Shown: positions 13,360 through 42,461 of the stretch, piece by piece | How positions within the stretch are numbered: position 1 is the first letter of the stretch | Layout: each line of letters starts with the position of its first letter | Origin: Chromera velia | Lineage: Eukaryota | Direction: 5' to 3' | Length of the DNA: 64,000 nucleotides | Assembly (NCBI GenBank): GCA_018398765.1 | Contig: JAHBMJ010000135.1 | Span: 62,001-126,000 of the forward strand | Program-made: the position numbers and the translations under genes | The notes under the pieces: model-generated | What the model saw: the letters and a program-made list of their open reading frames with translations, nothing else | What the model was told of the DNA's origin: nothing | Databases searched by the model: none

Positions 13360-14215
13360 TGTCTTCACCTGTCTTGAGCCCTCAGCACTATTTCTCGCAG
13401 TCCCATGTAGGCTGTACGTGACGTGAGGGACATGGTACGAAACGAAGCATGCATGTGCGCTGGTGCAAGTTCGCTCTCAGACTGTTCACCCCGCCCGCCC
13501 TCCTCTGTGCAGGTCATGAACCGGGGGCTGGGACAATCCCAAGCGGTCCCTCAGGGTGGTTACTACGCTCAGGATGGACAACCACAACCGTTTTACCCCG
13601 GGTACTATCCGGCAAATCCGGTGAGTCAGCGAGGCAGTCAGTAAGTGGTTGAGCGTATTGTGTCTGTCATGTGTTGTGTGCTGTCCAACCAAGCCTTGTC
13701 AGGGTATTTCGTTGAGTCGATGGACCCCTTTCGGTCCATTCTTATTCTAGAAGCAGGCAGGCACGGGTGAGCTTGGAAGACATTCAGATGGAAGGAATGG
13801 ACGAGGGGGAAGTGAAGAACCAAGAGTCAAGATCGCAGGCCAAACAGCAAGAAAGGGAGGGAGGGAATTGGTGTTTCGTTTGACTACGGAGGAAGGGATA
13901 TTGTGCATGATATTGTCTCAGAGAGGTTTGGCAAGACATCATCTGTCCGGTGAGGAACACCTGTCGACTGACGGAGTCTGTGAGCTTCTATCCACTTTTC
14001 CCGTTTCTTCCTCCTTTCCGTCTCTTCGCAGACCGTCTTGACGCTTTCTCTCTGACAGGAAGGAACTTTGCCACAGTAGTATGCCTTCTTTCCTTCAGGG
14101 CTCTCCCTCTGTCCCTCCCCCCCCCGCCCCCCCCCCCNNNNNNNNNCCCCCCCTCTCTCTCTCTGTGCAGGCCGAGCGAGCATGGCCAGCCCCAGAGGAC
14201 GGAGACGGAGTGTAG
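11055..14215 (+). CDS. Multi-exon type I membrane protein (signal peptide, small ectodomain, one TM helix, acidic tail)
   Basis: Leader MGRLLLRALALLLSAS. GT-AG exons encode CYRLALSGFTDPELNGQY, YQNHNGLKLYWG..W, PPPSGTW, TM LPVWAWIFVALGGLL/VLGAIAFLVYWFW, an E/D-rich tail, VMNRG..YYPANP and a putative last exon 14171-14215 (AERAWPAPEDGDGV*). Small N gaps lie inside the span. Confidence 0.7.
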
Positions 14216-15450
14216 GCAGAGAGAGAGAGACGTTAATTGTGAAGGGAAGGGATGAATCATAATTTAGGGGAGGTGGGGGGGTGGGCCGAAGGATTCGGAG
14301 CGCAGAAGCGGAGGGAAGGAAACATCGAGTGTGTGCGTCTGCTGGAGGGACCGTCAGGCAGGCAGGCTGTCTCTCCCAAGAGCGGACGCAAGGAGGGCGA
14401 TTGATTCTCGGGGGTGGTTTGCTTGCTTGTTTGTTTGTTTGAAAAGGTTTCAAAGGAATCTGACGAGAGGCTCTAGAGGACAGAGCAAGCACTCCCTCCC
14501 TTCCCTTTACTCCCCGCACGCTTCCGATTTCTGGCTGGCGTGGTGATTTGTTCCAGCATCCTCGCGCTCTGTCTGTCTATTTATCCGAATCCATTCTATC
14601 GAGATGTTCTTCGGCTGTTGCTGCTCAGTCTCTGTCTGCACGTTTGTTTCGTAACACAACGCATCTCTTCTACCGTCGTTGCACTGGTTGGCTGGATGCC
14701 TGCGGGAGAAGCGAGAGAAGAGACAGGTATTCGTTAAACAGAAAAAAAGTAACTAAAAAACGAAAATTTGAGAGATGAGAAAGGTAGGGCCTGGCTGCCT
14801 TGCACTGCTAACTCCTGCAAGGGGGCATGACTCGCTGAGGAAGGAGAAAGAGGGGTGTAATGCCGATGGAGTGAGGGAGGGAGGCCTGATGAATTTGTTT
14901 TGATTGTCCTGTTGACAGACAGACAATTCAGTGGATGGAATTAATGTGCCGGCGCAAAGTCCGCTGGGACTGGCTGATCGATCAATTGATGCGATTTGGG
15001 TCAACTTAAGTGGTGGCGGTCAGCCGAGGGAATAGATGGATTGAAAGGTGATAAAACATTAAATGCGTGCAAAGCCTTCAAAAGTTGCTTCCTGGCTTAC
15101 TCCAATTCAATTAATGGTGTGCATGCATACATATGCAATATAAAAGTAAATCATTATCCTAGTCATTGTCACTAATTGTCACCCGGCACCTATAAAAGTG
15201 TACCCCCAAAGTGTACCAAAAATTGATGCGTACGGACGTTATTTTTTCTAGTATTTTTTATTATTTTTTGGTATACTTTAAAAACTAGTTTTATAAAAAG
15301 ACGCCATGTAAAAATTTATTTGAGTATCAGTGATCGACACGCAAACGCGCTCAAAGGGGGGCCAGCGAAGCAAAAATCTAGGCCGTGCACTAGATTAATT
15401 TCTGATTTAAACAAAAAAAAAAAAAAACTAAGAAAACTTTTTTTTTTTAT

Positions 15451-16203
15451 CAGGGTTGTTAAGTACTGTACCTTTCGGACCAAGTTTGGGTACTTTGGTT
15501 CTTTTGGGGGGGCTAGTAGGGGGGGTGGTTCCGTTTTTCGGTACCGGTACTTTCGGTACCTCAAAAATTTTGCTTAAACTAGCTAGCTAGGCTCTGTACT
15601 ACATTAAAAAAAAAGTAAAAGATTTTTTTTTATAGATTTTTTTTTACTTATCATTGCATTCAATAGGCAAACAACTGTTGTTCAAGTGTTACAAGAGTGT
15701 TGCACGGGGTGTTGCATTGAAAACCATATACTTTTCAATCGATAAAAAAAAATAAAAATAAAAGATCGAAAACTTTCTTTTTTTTTCTTTTTTTTTATTT
15801 ATGGAGTGCGGCGCCTAGCTAGCTAGGCTTTATATTACGTTAAAATGATTGATTGGACTCTAGGTTTTTCCAGTATTTTCTAGAGGTTTTTTCGCTAAAA
15901 ATAAACTTAGCTCTGCCCTACTCACTAAAAATGAACTGGCCTGCTCTGTTTTGCTCGCTGCCGGGCCCGCCATACATGGCTCTCTTTCTAGAGTTTTGAC
16001 TCTAAAACGCTGAGAACAGCCAGTTTTCCACATCATGTTAAACTAAAACTAGTCTTGATCGTTCAAAGCAGCAGCCTAAGGCATCAGGCTTACCTTATAA
16101 AATTTTTACCGGTGACGAAAGTACCGAAAATAAGGGGGAAAAACAAAATTAGGGGTTGGTTCTGTTTTTCGGTACTTACAGTTATTGGTACTTAACAACC
16201 CTG
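15451..16203. mobile_element. Non-autonomous hAT-type DNA transposon (753 bp)
   Basis: Perfect 16-bp TIR CAGGGTTGTTAAGTAC (15451-15466 and 16188-16203). 8-bp TSD TTTTTTAT (15443-15450, 16204-16211). Subterminal CGGTAC/GTACC repeats. No ORF. Confidence 0.88.
15590..15815. mobile_element. Small MITE nested inside the hAT element
   Basis: Imperfect TIRs GGCTCTGTACTACATTAAAA and TTTATTTATGGAGTGCGGCGCC with poly-A/poly-T arms, flanked on both sides by CTAGCTAGCTAG. Shares internal motifs with 5155-5380. Confidence 0.55.
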
Positions 16204-16249
16204 TTTTTTATCTATATTATTTTTTTATTTATCACCCCCTTAACTAAAA

Positions 16250-18650
16250 TATAAGGAATTCACGTATTAAAACAGAGTTTGGGGAGGAAAGGATGAGCGA
16301 ATGTGCCTCTCCTTGAATAAGTTAATATGGATCGATCAGTTTCTCCTACACGGTGCATGCACAGTTTGTAGTGTTGCAGATTTACACAGCTTGTAGCGCG
16401 CTGAGCCTAGGCTGAAGTCCCTGGCAGGGTCTGCGGCCATGAAAAGCCGACGTCGATCGACCCCGAACGCAATCTCCAACAATTACCCCCTGACTTGAAC
16501 ATTTACAGGAAAGTCACCTCTTTTCTTAGCTTTTGATCGACATGTCTTTGCGAAATCTACCATTCCTCTCTTCACATGCACTTCCTTTTTTGCTTCAATC
16601 TGAGGTGCTTGACTCCCTCTCTCCTTTTCCAACTTGTACTTCGTGTGTCTATCTGCCCGCTGCCGATCAGTAGAAACCCAAAGCGCCCGCGCCTTTAACG
16701 TTCTCAACTCCTGCTGCACATACTTCAACAATCCATCCATTCGAGGCTTTTGCTTCGAATATTCACTTTCCAATTGCTCTATGAGAGGAGCGCTGTCTCT
16801 ATAAATCCCTACCTCCAGCGGCTTCATCCACAACTCCTCTACAAGACGCTTCCATTGAAAAGATTGTTTCACACTATCTACAAGAGCATAAAGCTCTGCA
16901 GAGGTCGAAGAAATCAGCTTCCTTTTGATTCGTTTGCTCTTCCATGCCACCAGATTTGTTCTTCTCATTCCCTCAATCTTTTCTTTCTTGTCAACCAAGT
17001 AAGCATCAAAGCCCTCTCTTCCTTCACAACGGGAAAGAGAATATGCAGCATCCACAAACAAAGCAAGCTTCGGATCAATCACGCCCTCAAAGCGCAAACT
17101 GTCGTTCTTTTTACGAGCTTTGATAAGGGCAAGCAAAGCAGCAACAAGCTTTGAACTAGTCAGGCGGGAACTATAACGAGACAACTCACTGAAAACAAAA
17201 GCAAGATCGGCAGACGTCCGACACACCTAACCAAGCACACCAATCACTTTTATCATCACCACAACCAGGTCTTCTTGTTTCTCTTCTTCCCTCTCTTCAT
17301 TCAGCATCTCAGGAGAAAGAGACTTGCAAGGCAAATCATCTGTCTGAACAGGAATTGACTTCAAGTATGCCTCCTGGCTGATTTCAAACCCGCTTTCATT
17401 CTTTCTCACCTCCAAACCCGTGTAGCCCATTTCACCCCCCACAGAGAGAATTTCTGGCTTATCCATCTTTAAACGCTGTCTCAAAGGTTCAAAGTCATAA
17501 GCAGCCTGAGGGTCGGCAGAAAAAATGAGCAAATCATCAACGTGAACAGCCATCACTGCTTTTACCTTCTTCTCTTCATCCTTCAACATAAAGACGCTCT
17601 TAACGATTTCCTCCCATCCTTCTTCTACTACAATCCGTTTGAAATGCTTTCCATTCAGACGAGGGGCATCTTTCAATCCATATATGGCTCTCTCTAGCTG
17701 ACCGATAACTTCAGGTGTGAATCCTTCCGGGGAACCCGTCGGGACGTGTCCTGGCAGCTACACAAACACCTCATCATGAATGGATGCAGTCAGAAACGCA
17801 GTGTGCACATCTGACTTACCGATCGTCCACCCCTGACTGGATACAAATGGAAAGCAAACCAAAAGAGCCCACCAAGCAGCTGTCCCACTGTATGCCTCAA
17901 TGTTCTTTCGGTCATCTTAAAATCCTTTACACACAAGACGGGATTTCGGCTTTCTCTCTTTCCCTTTCATCTTCCATGTCAGCACCCATCTGGTTTTCAT
18001 TGCTCTTCTCTTCTGTGGTATTCTTACTCCGTTTATTTTCAACACTTTATTCTCCTTAAAGCTTTTTAATTCTTCTAGCATCGCTTTATCAAAGAGGCTT
18101 TTCTCTACCTCCTCTTCCTTTGCATCAATGTGCCCCTTCCTTGGGTTCACATGCTTCATCATCTGGTCGACCACTTTCTTATCCACCATAAGTCTCCGTG
18201 GCGTCTTCCTGAATTCATTTCCTTCTCTCCTCACTTTCTTCCTTTCACCCTCCTTATTATCGTCTTATGCTCCCTGTACCCTCTTCCCTTCCTGTGCTCC
18301 CTGCACTCCCTCTATTTTTCTGCTGCCTTGCTGCTCTCCTTCACGTGCAAGAAAGCTAGCAAAGGCTGCGGCCTCCCCAGACTCCCCAAGCAAGTTGAAG
18401 CCAAACAACGAATCATCATCTGGAATGTCTGGCGGGACGACTTCTCCTTCTCCCTCTTTCTTTGCTGGCTGCGCTGCCTAAACAGGTTCGCGACCCTGCC
18501 CTGACTACTTTTCCTTTTCCTCTCCACCCCCCACCCCCTGCTGCTGACTTCGCAACTCCAGGTGGCCTGCCTGAAGTTAAGAGCCTGCTGCAAATAAAGG
18601 AGGGAAAGGGATAGGTGCTCTTGCTTTAGAGAAGTGGCTCTTGTCAATCA
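16250..18650 (-). mobile_element. Ty1/Copia LTR retrotransposon relic (RT, RNase H, partial 3' LTR)
   Basis: Motifs AMLEELKSF..TRWVLTWK..KSRLVCKGF, AVHVDDLL, AWKSKR..SSTSAELYAL and ADRHTK, broken by stops. A purine tract AGGGGG is followed by TGTTGGAG at 16481 (probable LTR start). Gag and integrase are not seen. Outer limits approximate. Confidence 0.88.
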
Positions 18651-19810
18651 GTCTTCTTAAAAACAAGGGACCATAAAACCGTATTAGCGTACTGAAGACT
18701 AATTGAATCTAAAAAACTACAATTCTTATGGTTACTATACTATTATTAGTTTCATAATTAATTTTCAACATAAACGTTTCAACTAACATAAAACAATTTC
18801 TCAAAAACAAAAAAAAATACTAGATGTTTTACATAGTACATTTTTTTTAGATTTTTTAATAGATATACAAATATAAAACTTGATATAAAACTAAATATAA
18901 AATTCAATAGGTATAGGGGTGTACAAACTTGAACATGCCAAGATGGACAGATAATATAAATAAATTTCAGTAGGTATAGCTATATACTATAGCTATAATA
19001 CAGTTAGATACAGTATATTAAATATATACATTCATTCATTCATTCATATTTATGTGTATATACTTCAATATATAATATAATACTTCTATGATGATAATCG
19101 TCAATTATGAGTAAAAAGTGGTAATCATGCATAATCATGCTGCTTCATGCATAAGACATGGGAAATAATATAAACAATCATTGTCGTATATAGATTTTAA
19201 ATTAATTTTAAGGGTCATAAAACTGCTAGTAAAACTGGCTTGCGTGAAATAAATTGAAATATTAATTGTGAGTCTTTCACACAACTACCTGTCGTTGCAG
19301 AGAACTATTGTGCCACAGTGGTCTAGATTGTGGTTGCCTCTCTGCACACAACTGTCTGTCGTTGCTCTTAAAAGAGAACGAAAGTTTGCAGAAGATTGAA
19401 GAAGACAATCAGCTGGCTGCTCACTCGCCGTCCCCTTTGATTTTGTTTGCTACAGTTGCAAGGAGAACTTGAAGTCATTGTTTGTGGTCATTTCCATTGA
19501 TTTTGCCCCAAGGTGCAAGAACTAAATAAAGCTTTCTCCGACTGCTCCACTGTTTCTCATCCTGTCGCTTTTTCATGCTCCTGGCAATGAAAGCGTCATT
19601 TCTCGTACCGTGATAACGACAATGGACATTTCCCTTTTCATGAAATGAAGGAGCCATGGGTCATAAATCATTCAAAGTCATGCAGGAGAAAAAGGACGAT
19701 GCATAATGTCTCTCTCACACGCAGATCGAAGCAAGGCGAGAGGGAGGCGTTCTTTCCGTTGTCTCAGGGGGTGTCTGTTTCTTTTCTTCTCTTGTCCTTT
19801 CTCTGTCTGC

Positions 19811-35871
<16,061 letters not shown>

Positions 35872-36266
35872 GTGGGAATTAACAGCGGCACGGCAATTAC
35901 TGGCTGACAATTCAGAATAGGTAAGGCGAGAAGCTCGCGGTCGATCGAGAAGCTCGCGGTCGATCGAGAAAGGTCAATTCCTTTTGTCGAATGCTGTCTG
36001 GCTGCTTGGGTATCAAAAACAGAATGCAGACACGCTTCGAAGCCAGGCTAGTTTGCTGGCGCTGCTATAGAGGTTGTATGACTCGATCGATCTGCGAAGA
36101 GTCCTTGTATGGCGAGCCATGCATAGCTGCATGCATGCATGCATGCACTTCCGCTGCATGGGTTGGGCCCCATGCATGCATGCACGCAGGCCCCGGCAGC
36201 GGACTTCTGACGTCGCCGCCCCACCTTGTTCTTGCAGAAGGCTTTCGAAAATGACTTGAGGGTTCG

Positions 36267-36585
36267 TATAAGAAAAACAATACAATGCTATATGGTGGTC
36301 TGAAGGTACGTCTGACCTAGAAGCGTCAGCGTTCAATCTAGCCAGTCAAACAGTCTGTTGATCACTTCATGCACCAGGCTGCTCGAACCATTAACTGCAT
36401 TTATTTGGCCTCGTCCCATAGCAGCCTTCACTAAAATCGATATGATCGCGCGCGCTCGTGGCCCGGCGGCAAGCCATCTCCGACCCGGTCCCGGTACCTA
36501 TACTATGCGCGCTCACGCCCTGGCAGCACCTCTTGCGCCGCCACATGTACAGCCTGACGTCTCAGCCCCGGGCACGCCCCTCACA
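36267..36585 (-). repeat. 3' LTR of the Gypsy element
   Basis: Aligns without gaps to 42143-42461; 21 differences counted by hand. Confidence 0.95.
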
Positions 36586-39500
36586 CATGCCCATCCGCCA
36601 AACTGACGTCCACGCTCAGTTCTGTGGCTGAGTACTCAGGCTTGCATCAATCAGTTAAGAAACATGCATAGATGTCGGTATGCCACGACCGACTAGATCT
36701 AACGTACCAGTCACCTGCCCAGCACCACCTCCTTTGTCCAGCTTATCCACGCCTACTTAATTTGTCTCTCACCTTGAAGCTCACTAACTTTTCTACTAAC
36801 TCCTTCTCTAACTCATCCCTCACACATGCCTATCCACTCCCAGGCCTCACTTCCTTTGCATTATTCTTCTCTTGAAGTCAGCAATTGCTTCTTTTGCACG
36901 TGAAAGATTTTCTACTGGTTTTCATGAGGCATCTTCCTTTCTGAATCCCTTCCATCTCACCAAATAATACGACTTTCCACCGATTTTTCTTTATTCCAAT
37001 ACCTCTTCCACTTCATATTCTGGTCCTTCAAATCTAGGGAGTCTGACTATAGGTGGAGGATCTCCCGGCTCTCTAATATACTTCTTCAAATAGCTTACAT
37101 TCACTACAGGGTGAATGCGCACACCTGCCGGAAAGATAAGCTCATACGCTCCTCTTGTCACCATTCTCTCTACCTCGAAGGGACCAAACCAAATTAGCTC
37201 CACCTTTCTTTTTTGTCCTTCCAGTCTCTTTTCTTGCTCAAAGAACTTTCTGTGCACCAAAACCCAATCTCCAGGACCAACCTCCAATTCCCTGCGGTGT
37301 CGATCATAATAGCGGGCTGCTATCTCTCTGGCCCACTCCAACAATTCCTTCACCTGGACGATCTCTGCCTTGTGCCTTGCGATGAAGTCTGCTACAGAAG
37401 GCGACAGTGAGCTTCCCCTGACCGACACTGCAGACAGATGAATTGGATCAAACCCATGCGTGAATCTGTAAGGTGAGAGACCAGTCACAGGATGAACACT
37501 GTCTCTGTAGGCAAAATTACATGCAGGCAAAGCCTCGGCCCAGTCTTCCTGATGGTCCATCACGAAACATTGCAACATCTCCCTGATTATCCTATTGTCT
37601 CTCTCTGTCTCTCCATCTGTCTGTGGGTGTCGAGAGGAACTCATTTTCATTTTTGAATTCCACAGCTTCTGTAACTCTCGCCAGAAGGCAGAAATAAAGC
37701 AAGAATCACGATCAGAGACGAGGGACCGAAACATGCCAACAGAACATACCACTCTTTTAAACACAACAGACACAGTTTCTTCTCCTGTGATCTCCTCCCA
37801 CACTAAAATAAAGAATGCATCTTTTGACAGACGATCAACTACAGACAGAATTCTATCCACAATCTTTCCCTAATATAATGTCCTCGGCAGACCAAACAGG
37901 AAGTCGAGAGAAAGACTCTTATATGCAAATTTAGGGATGGGCAGCGGATTCAGCAAACCTGGTTTTTTCTGTATTGAATGCTTTGCTCTCTGACATACAT
38001 CATAGCAGGCCACGTATTTCTTCACTGAGCGGTATATGTTAGGCCAGTAAAACTTACTGTTCACCTTCAAAAAAGTCTTCTCTGGCCCTAGGTGTCCGCC
38101 TAACATGGTGTCGTGGTGCTTTGAGATGATCTGTCTCTGCAATATATCAGTAGGGATGGCCAGACGATTTTTAAAATATAGGAGGCCATCCATGAAAGTG
38201 AATGATTGAATTCTTATTCTCAAGTGTCGAGGCACCGGCTCTTTTGGATGCCTAAGCACCTCACATAGTTCCTGAAAGAATGTTTCCTTCTTGTATCATC
38301 TCTTTATCTCTCTCAGGAACTCTTCATCCACGTTCACTCTCATTTCTATTCCCGTCAGAATTCTTTTCTCTCTGTCTTCTTCTTCTTCTTCTTCACTCTT
38401 TTCCTCAACGTTTTCTCTTTCCTTCTCTATCTTTCTTTTCTTCTCTGTTTCTCTATTCTCCTCTGTCTCTCTGTTTGCTTCTGTTTCTCTCTTCTCCTCT
38501 GTCTCCCTGTTTACCTCTGTCTCTCTCACTGGCTTTCTACTCAATGTATCCGCCACCCGATTTTTCGATCCCGGCATATAGCGAGGAACGATTCCAATCT
38601 AATCAAACAATATCACCCAACGACGCATGCGCGGAGACATTTGCATCCGATCAGCAGTCGACGTGATCGTTTTTAAAGATTCATGATCGCTCCACACTTA
38701 AGTAGTGCAAGAGACATACGGACGCCAAATCTTTATAGCAAACACACACGCTAAAAATTCTTTGTCTTTAATATGGTAGTTCTTCTCTGCGGGGCTCATC
38801 ATTCTTGATGCGAAGGCATACGGACGCAGAATTCCGACCTGTGGGTCCTTCTGCATCAATACCGCCGCGAGCGTTGAAGTCTTTTCGCAGGCATCTGCAA
38901 AGACCTCAAATGGGCGGGTGGGTTCGGGAACAAACAATTCCGTCACTTTCTTCACGGCTTCTTTCACTGTCTCGAAGCTCGCTTGCTGCTCTTTTTTCCA
39001 TTCAAACTTCACCTTCTTTTTTAGCAAGCGATACATCGGAGCAGCCTTCTTACTGAACTCGAAAATAAATCTTCTCACCCACGACGCTAAACCAAGAAAA
39101 GAATGTAATTCACTTGTGCTTTTCGGTACAGGCCAGTTCTCAATTTCCTCTATTTTACTTCTCTCTGGCCTCACTCCCTTTTCTGAAATCTTTAATCCAA
39201 GAAAAACAACCTCTCTTTAAAAAAAATAACATTTCGAAAGCTTTGCAAACAATTTCGCTTATCTCAACAAAAACAAAACCCAAGACACAACCCGAGACAC
39301 ATGCCTTACATACTCTTCTCTTATCCGCCAATAAATCAAAATATTATCAATGAAAACCGATACGTATCGATCTAAACACTCATGCAATATATACTGAATG
39401 AGTCTCATTGCTGCCAGTGGAGCGTTTGTCAACCCAAAAGAGATAACCAACCACTCGAAATTTCCATACCGTGTCGTGAATGCTGTTTTCTGGATGTCTC

Positions 39501-42142
39501 TCTCTCTTACTCTCATTTGATGGTAGTACTGTCTGAGATCAAGTGCAGTGAAGAATTTGGCCCCATGCAGCCGATCAATGAGGTTTTGTGGGTGAGAGAG
39601 TGGGTGTTTGTCTTTGATTGTAATTCTGTTCAGTGCTGTGTAATTATAACACATCCTCATGCTTCCGTCTTTCTTCTGTACAAACAACACTGGAGCTGCA
39701 TACGGAGAGCATGATGGACGAATGAATCCCTGTTTCAAATATGTATCCACCTGCTTTCTCAGCTCATCCAACTCACCAAGAGAAAGACGGTAAGGTGGGT
39801 GAGCTGGGGGTGGGTGGCCGGGTTCCAAATCGATCTTGAAATCCAGCCTCTCGCCCCAAGACGGAGGTAATCCTGAAAGAGAGTTAGGAAAGAGAGTTGC
39901 ATTCTCCACCACAATTCTTTTCACATCGATAGGCACGGACGGTTTTTGAAGAAACTCACGCACCTCACTCAAATCAAGCGAAGAGAAAACAGGATAGTCA
40001 GCCGGGAGCGAAGAAAGAAAGTCATTCACTGTCTCACTACCCCCCTTTCCTTTTTCCTTCATCTCCACATTCTTTTCCCCCTCATGTATTTCATGAAGCC
40101 CTTGAACCCGACATGCACCGAACTCACTAGGAGAGGATCTTGTCTGCAACCGCAGAATGTGGCAGACTGCCCCCTTCCGGATTGCTCGGTGTGCCTGCAC
40201 AGAAGAGAGAAGAGGGGAACAATCTGAAAATTCCTCCTCCTCTTCAAGCTCTGCATCAGGCACCCAGTAAATCAATTTCCCCTTGAACCAAAAACGCAGA
40301 CTTTGAGACGACCACTGTAACTCTGGCTCATACTCACGCCCCCACTTTGTTCCCAAAATTAAATCATATTCCTCCAGGTCGGCCAGCATGGCACCTACTG
40401 TCTTTTGGTACCCTTGGATGCTGACCGGCACAGAGGGTGCACACTCCCGAACCGTTTGCGTTTTGATCGCCTTCTTTGAAGCTTTTAACGCCCCATGTAC
40501 CGGAGTTGGTCGTCTCAATCTGCATACATGGATGCGGTGGGCACGGGCAGATCTGTGATCTAGATAAATATCATCCGCTCTGGAGTCAACCAAAACTCTG
40601 ACAGGCACACCTGCCACTCGGCCAAAGTATACAAACAACCCTGGACGAAAGTCTAAATCAGAGAACAAATCGAGAGCGGAATTCGACTCTGTGTCACACG
40701 TGTTTATGTGTTCGATGGGAATATCAAACTCTTGGGGATCTCCATATATTTCTGTGTACTGACCACACTAACCACGTGTCAGGGGCACTTCTCCCTCTTC
40801 ATAGCCCCCGTAGATCGTCCAGACTCCAGATCGTCACCGTCACGGCCACCTCCATGCTTTCTACGACCACCATGCCTTCTACCCCAAGGGCCCGAGTCTC
40901 TATGTCCCCCCCTCCACTACGCCTGGAAGGAGGAACCCTGCTGGGGATTACCACTGCATGCCTACTGCCTTTCTCCTCCTTGCCCCCATCTCTACGAGTC
41001 TATATGGGAGTTGCCATAATTTACCCAGCCTTGTGGCCCTGGGCATCTGTTGGCACTATGACCAAACAGGCGCAATGGAAACACCGTCCTTCCCGGATGC
41101 AACGGGTTCTCTCGTCCGGCGTGAGTGGTGGTGGGAGCGAATAGACCCCACACAAATCTATAGGGATGGGCCTTTCCTCAGAGATAAGCGGCTGGTTACG
41201 TTGACCGCTCACCCTTCCACTCTTGGGAACGTGCAGACGGAAATCTCGGTGTCTGCCACCTTTCGTTTGGGAGGAGAGGAAGGTTTCGATCTCGGCTGCC
41301 TCCTTCTATATTTCTAACAGAGTGTGTATCTTTGCCTTCGCAACGTGGAGGGCGATGGAGTTCGGCAGTCCCTCGATGTAGTCCTCGACAACGTCTTCCT
41401 GCCACAGGTGGGGAAGCTGGCCCACCAACTGAGAGAAGGCCTTGTTGTACTTCTCCACCCCTAAGACTTCAGTGCAGCGAAGTGCCTAAAGCTTTGCCCA
41501 AACAATACTCCTCTCCATGGTCACCTTCAGTCTCTCCATGAGTTCAGTCTTCAGCGACTCCCAGTTCGAGAACACTCCATGCTCTTCCTCAAACTTCTCA
41601 TACCATTCCTTCAAATAGGCCGGTAGCCGGCCTTTTGCCATCTTCATTTTCTTCGATTCCCTCACCTCGTTCAGCTCAAAGAAGTCTTCTACGTCCTTCA
41701 GCCATCTTTGAAGCTCCTCCCTCTTGCCAGAGAACACCAGCCTGGCGGGAAGCTCCACAACCTTGCTCGTACAGTGACCGGGACCAGTATCAGTGCTCGC
41801 ACCAGCAGGCGAGCTCTGAAGGATCAGAGGGGAAACTTGGAACGATAGAGAAAGGCCTGATTGGACAGCTTGAATAGCCTGTCCTTATGCCTCCAAAGCC
41901 TGTCCCTGCAAAGTTAATTGTTGACCCTGCAAGGCCTGCGTTTCTTGAACGATGCGCATCAAATTGGACAATGTTTCAAGGGCCCTAAACACTTCTGGAA
42001 TGCCCGGAGCCCCAACATTCTGCGCACTTTCCATCAGCGTATTGAGCCAAAGGAAGGAAGAGCAATTCTCAGTCTGAAGCGACACTTAGAAACTTTTCTC
42101 TCCACCCTTATCTGAGGCTGGAAAGAGGCTCTGACTGCCAAC

Positions 42143-42461
42143 TATAAGATGAACAGTACAATGCTATATGGTGGTCTGAAGGTACGTCTGACCTAGAAGC
42201 GTCAGTGTTCAATCTAGCCAGTCAAACAGTCTGTTGATCACTTCATATACCAGGCTGCTCGAACGATTAACTGCATTTATTTGGCTTCATCCCATAGCAG
42301 CCTTTACTAAAATCGATATGATCGCGCGCGCTCGTGGCCTGGCGGCAAGCCGTCTCCGACCCGGTCCCAGTACCTATACTATGCGCGCTCATGCCCCGGC
42401 AGCACCTCTCGCGCCGCCATATGTACAGCCCAACATCTTAGCCCCGGGCACGCCCCTCACA
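42143..42461 (-). repeat. 5' LTR of the Gypsy element
   Basis: Begins TGTGA on the minus strand, ends TATA (probably from TACA) and is followed by the PBS-like sequence. Confidence 0.95.

Larger units (their letters stand above)
36267..42461 (-). mobile_element. Full-length but inactivated Ty3/Gypsy chromovirus-type LTR retrotransposon
   Basis: 319-bp LTRs at 36267-36585 and 42143-42461; 5-bp TSD GTTCG (36262-36266, 42462-42466); PBS-like TGGCAGTCAGAGCC next to the 5' LTR. Gag (41486-41758), protease (VLVDSRA), RT (PYAAPVLFVQKKDGSMRMC, FGLTNAP, FIDNIL), RNase H (ADAC..NYHIKDKEFLA), integrase (HH..GGH..C, HPQTDGETERDN, WFGPF) and chromodomain (EYEVEEVL..YLVRWKGF). Several stops and frameshifts. 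Confidence 0.96.

Noticed and set aside
36255..36270. GGTTCG resembling a tRNA T-loop at the Gypsy insertion site
   Set aside because: No cloverleaf could be built from the rejoined flanks. No tRNA or rRNA gene was recognised anywhere in the window.
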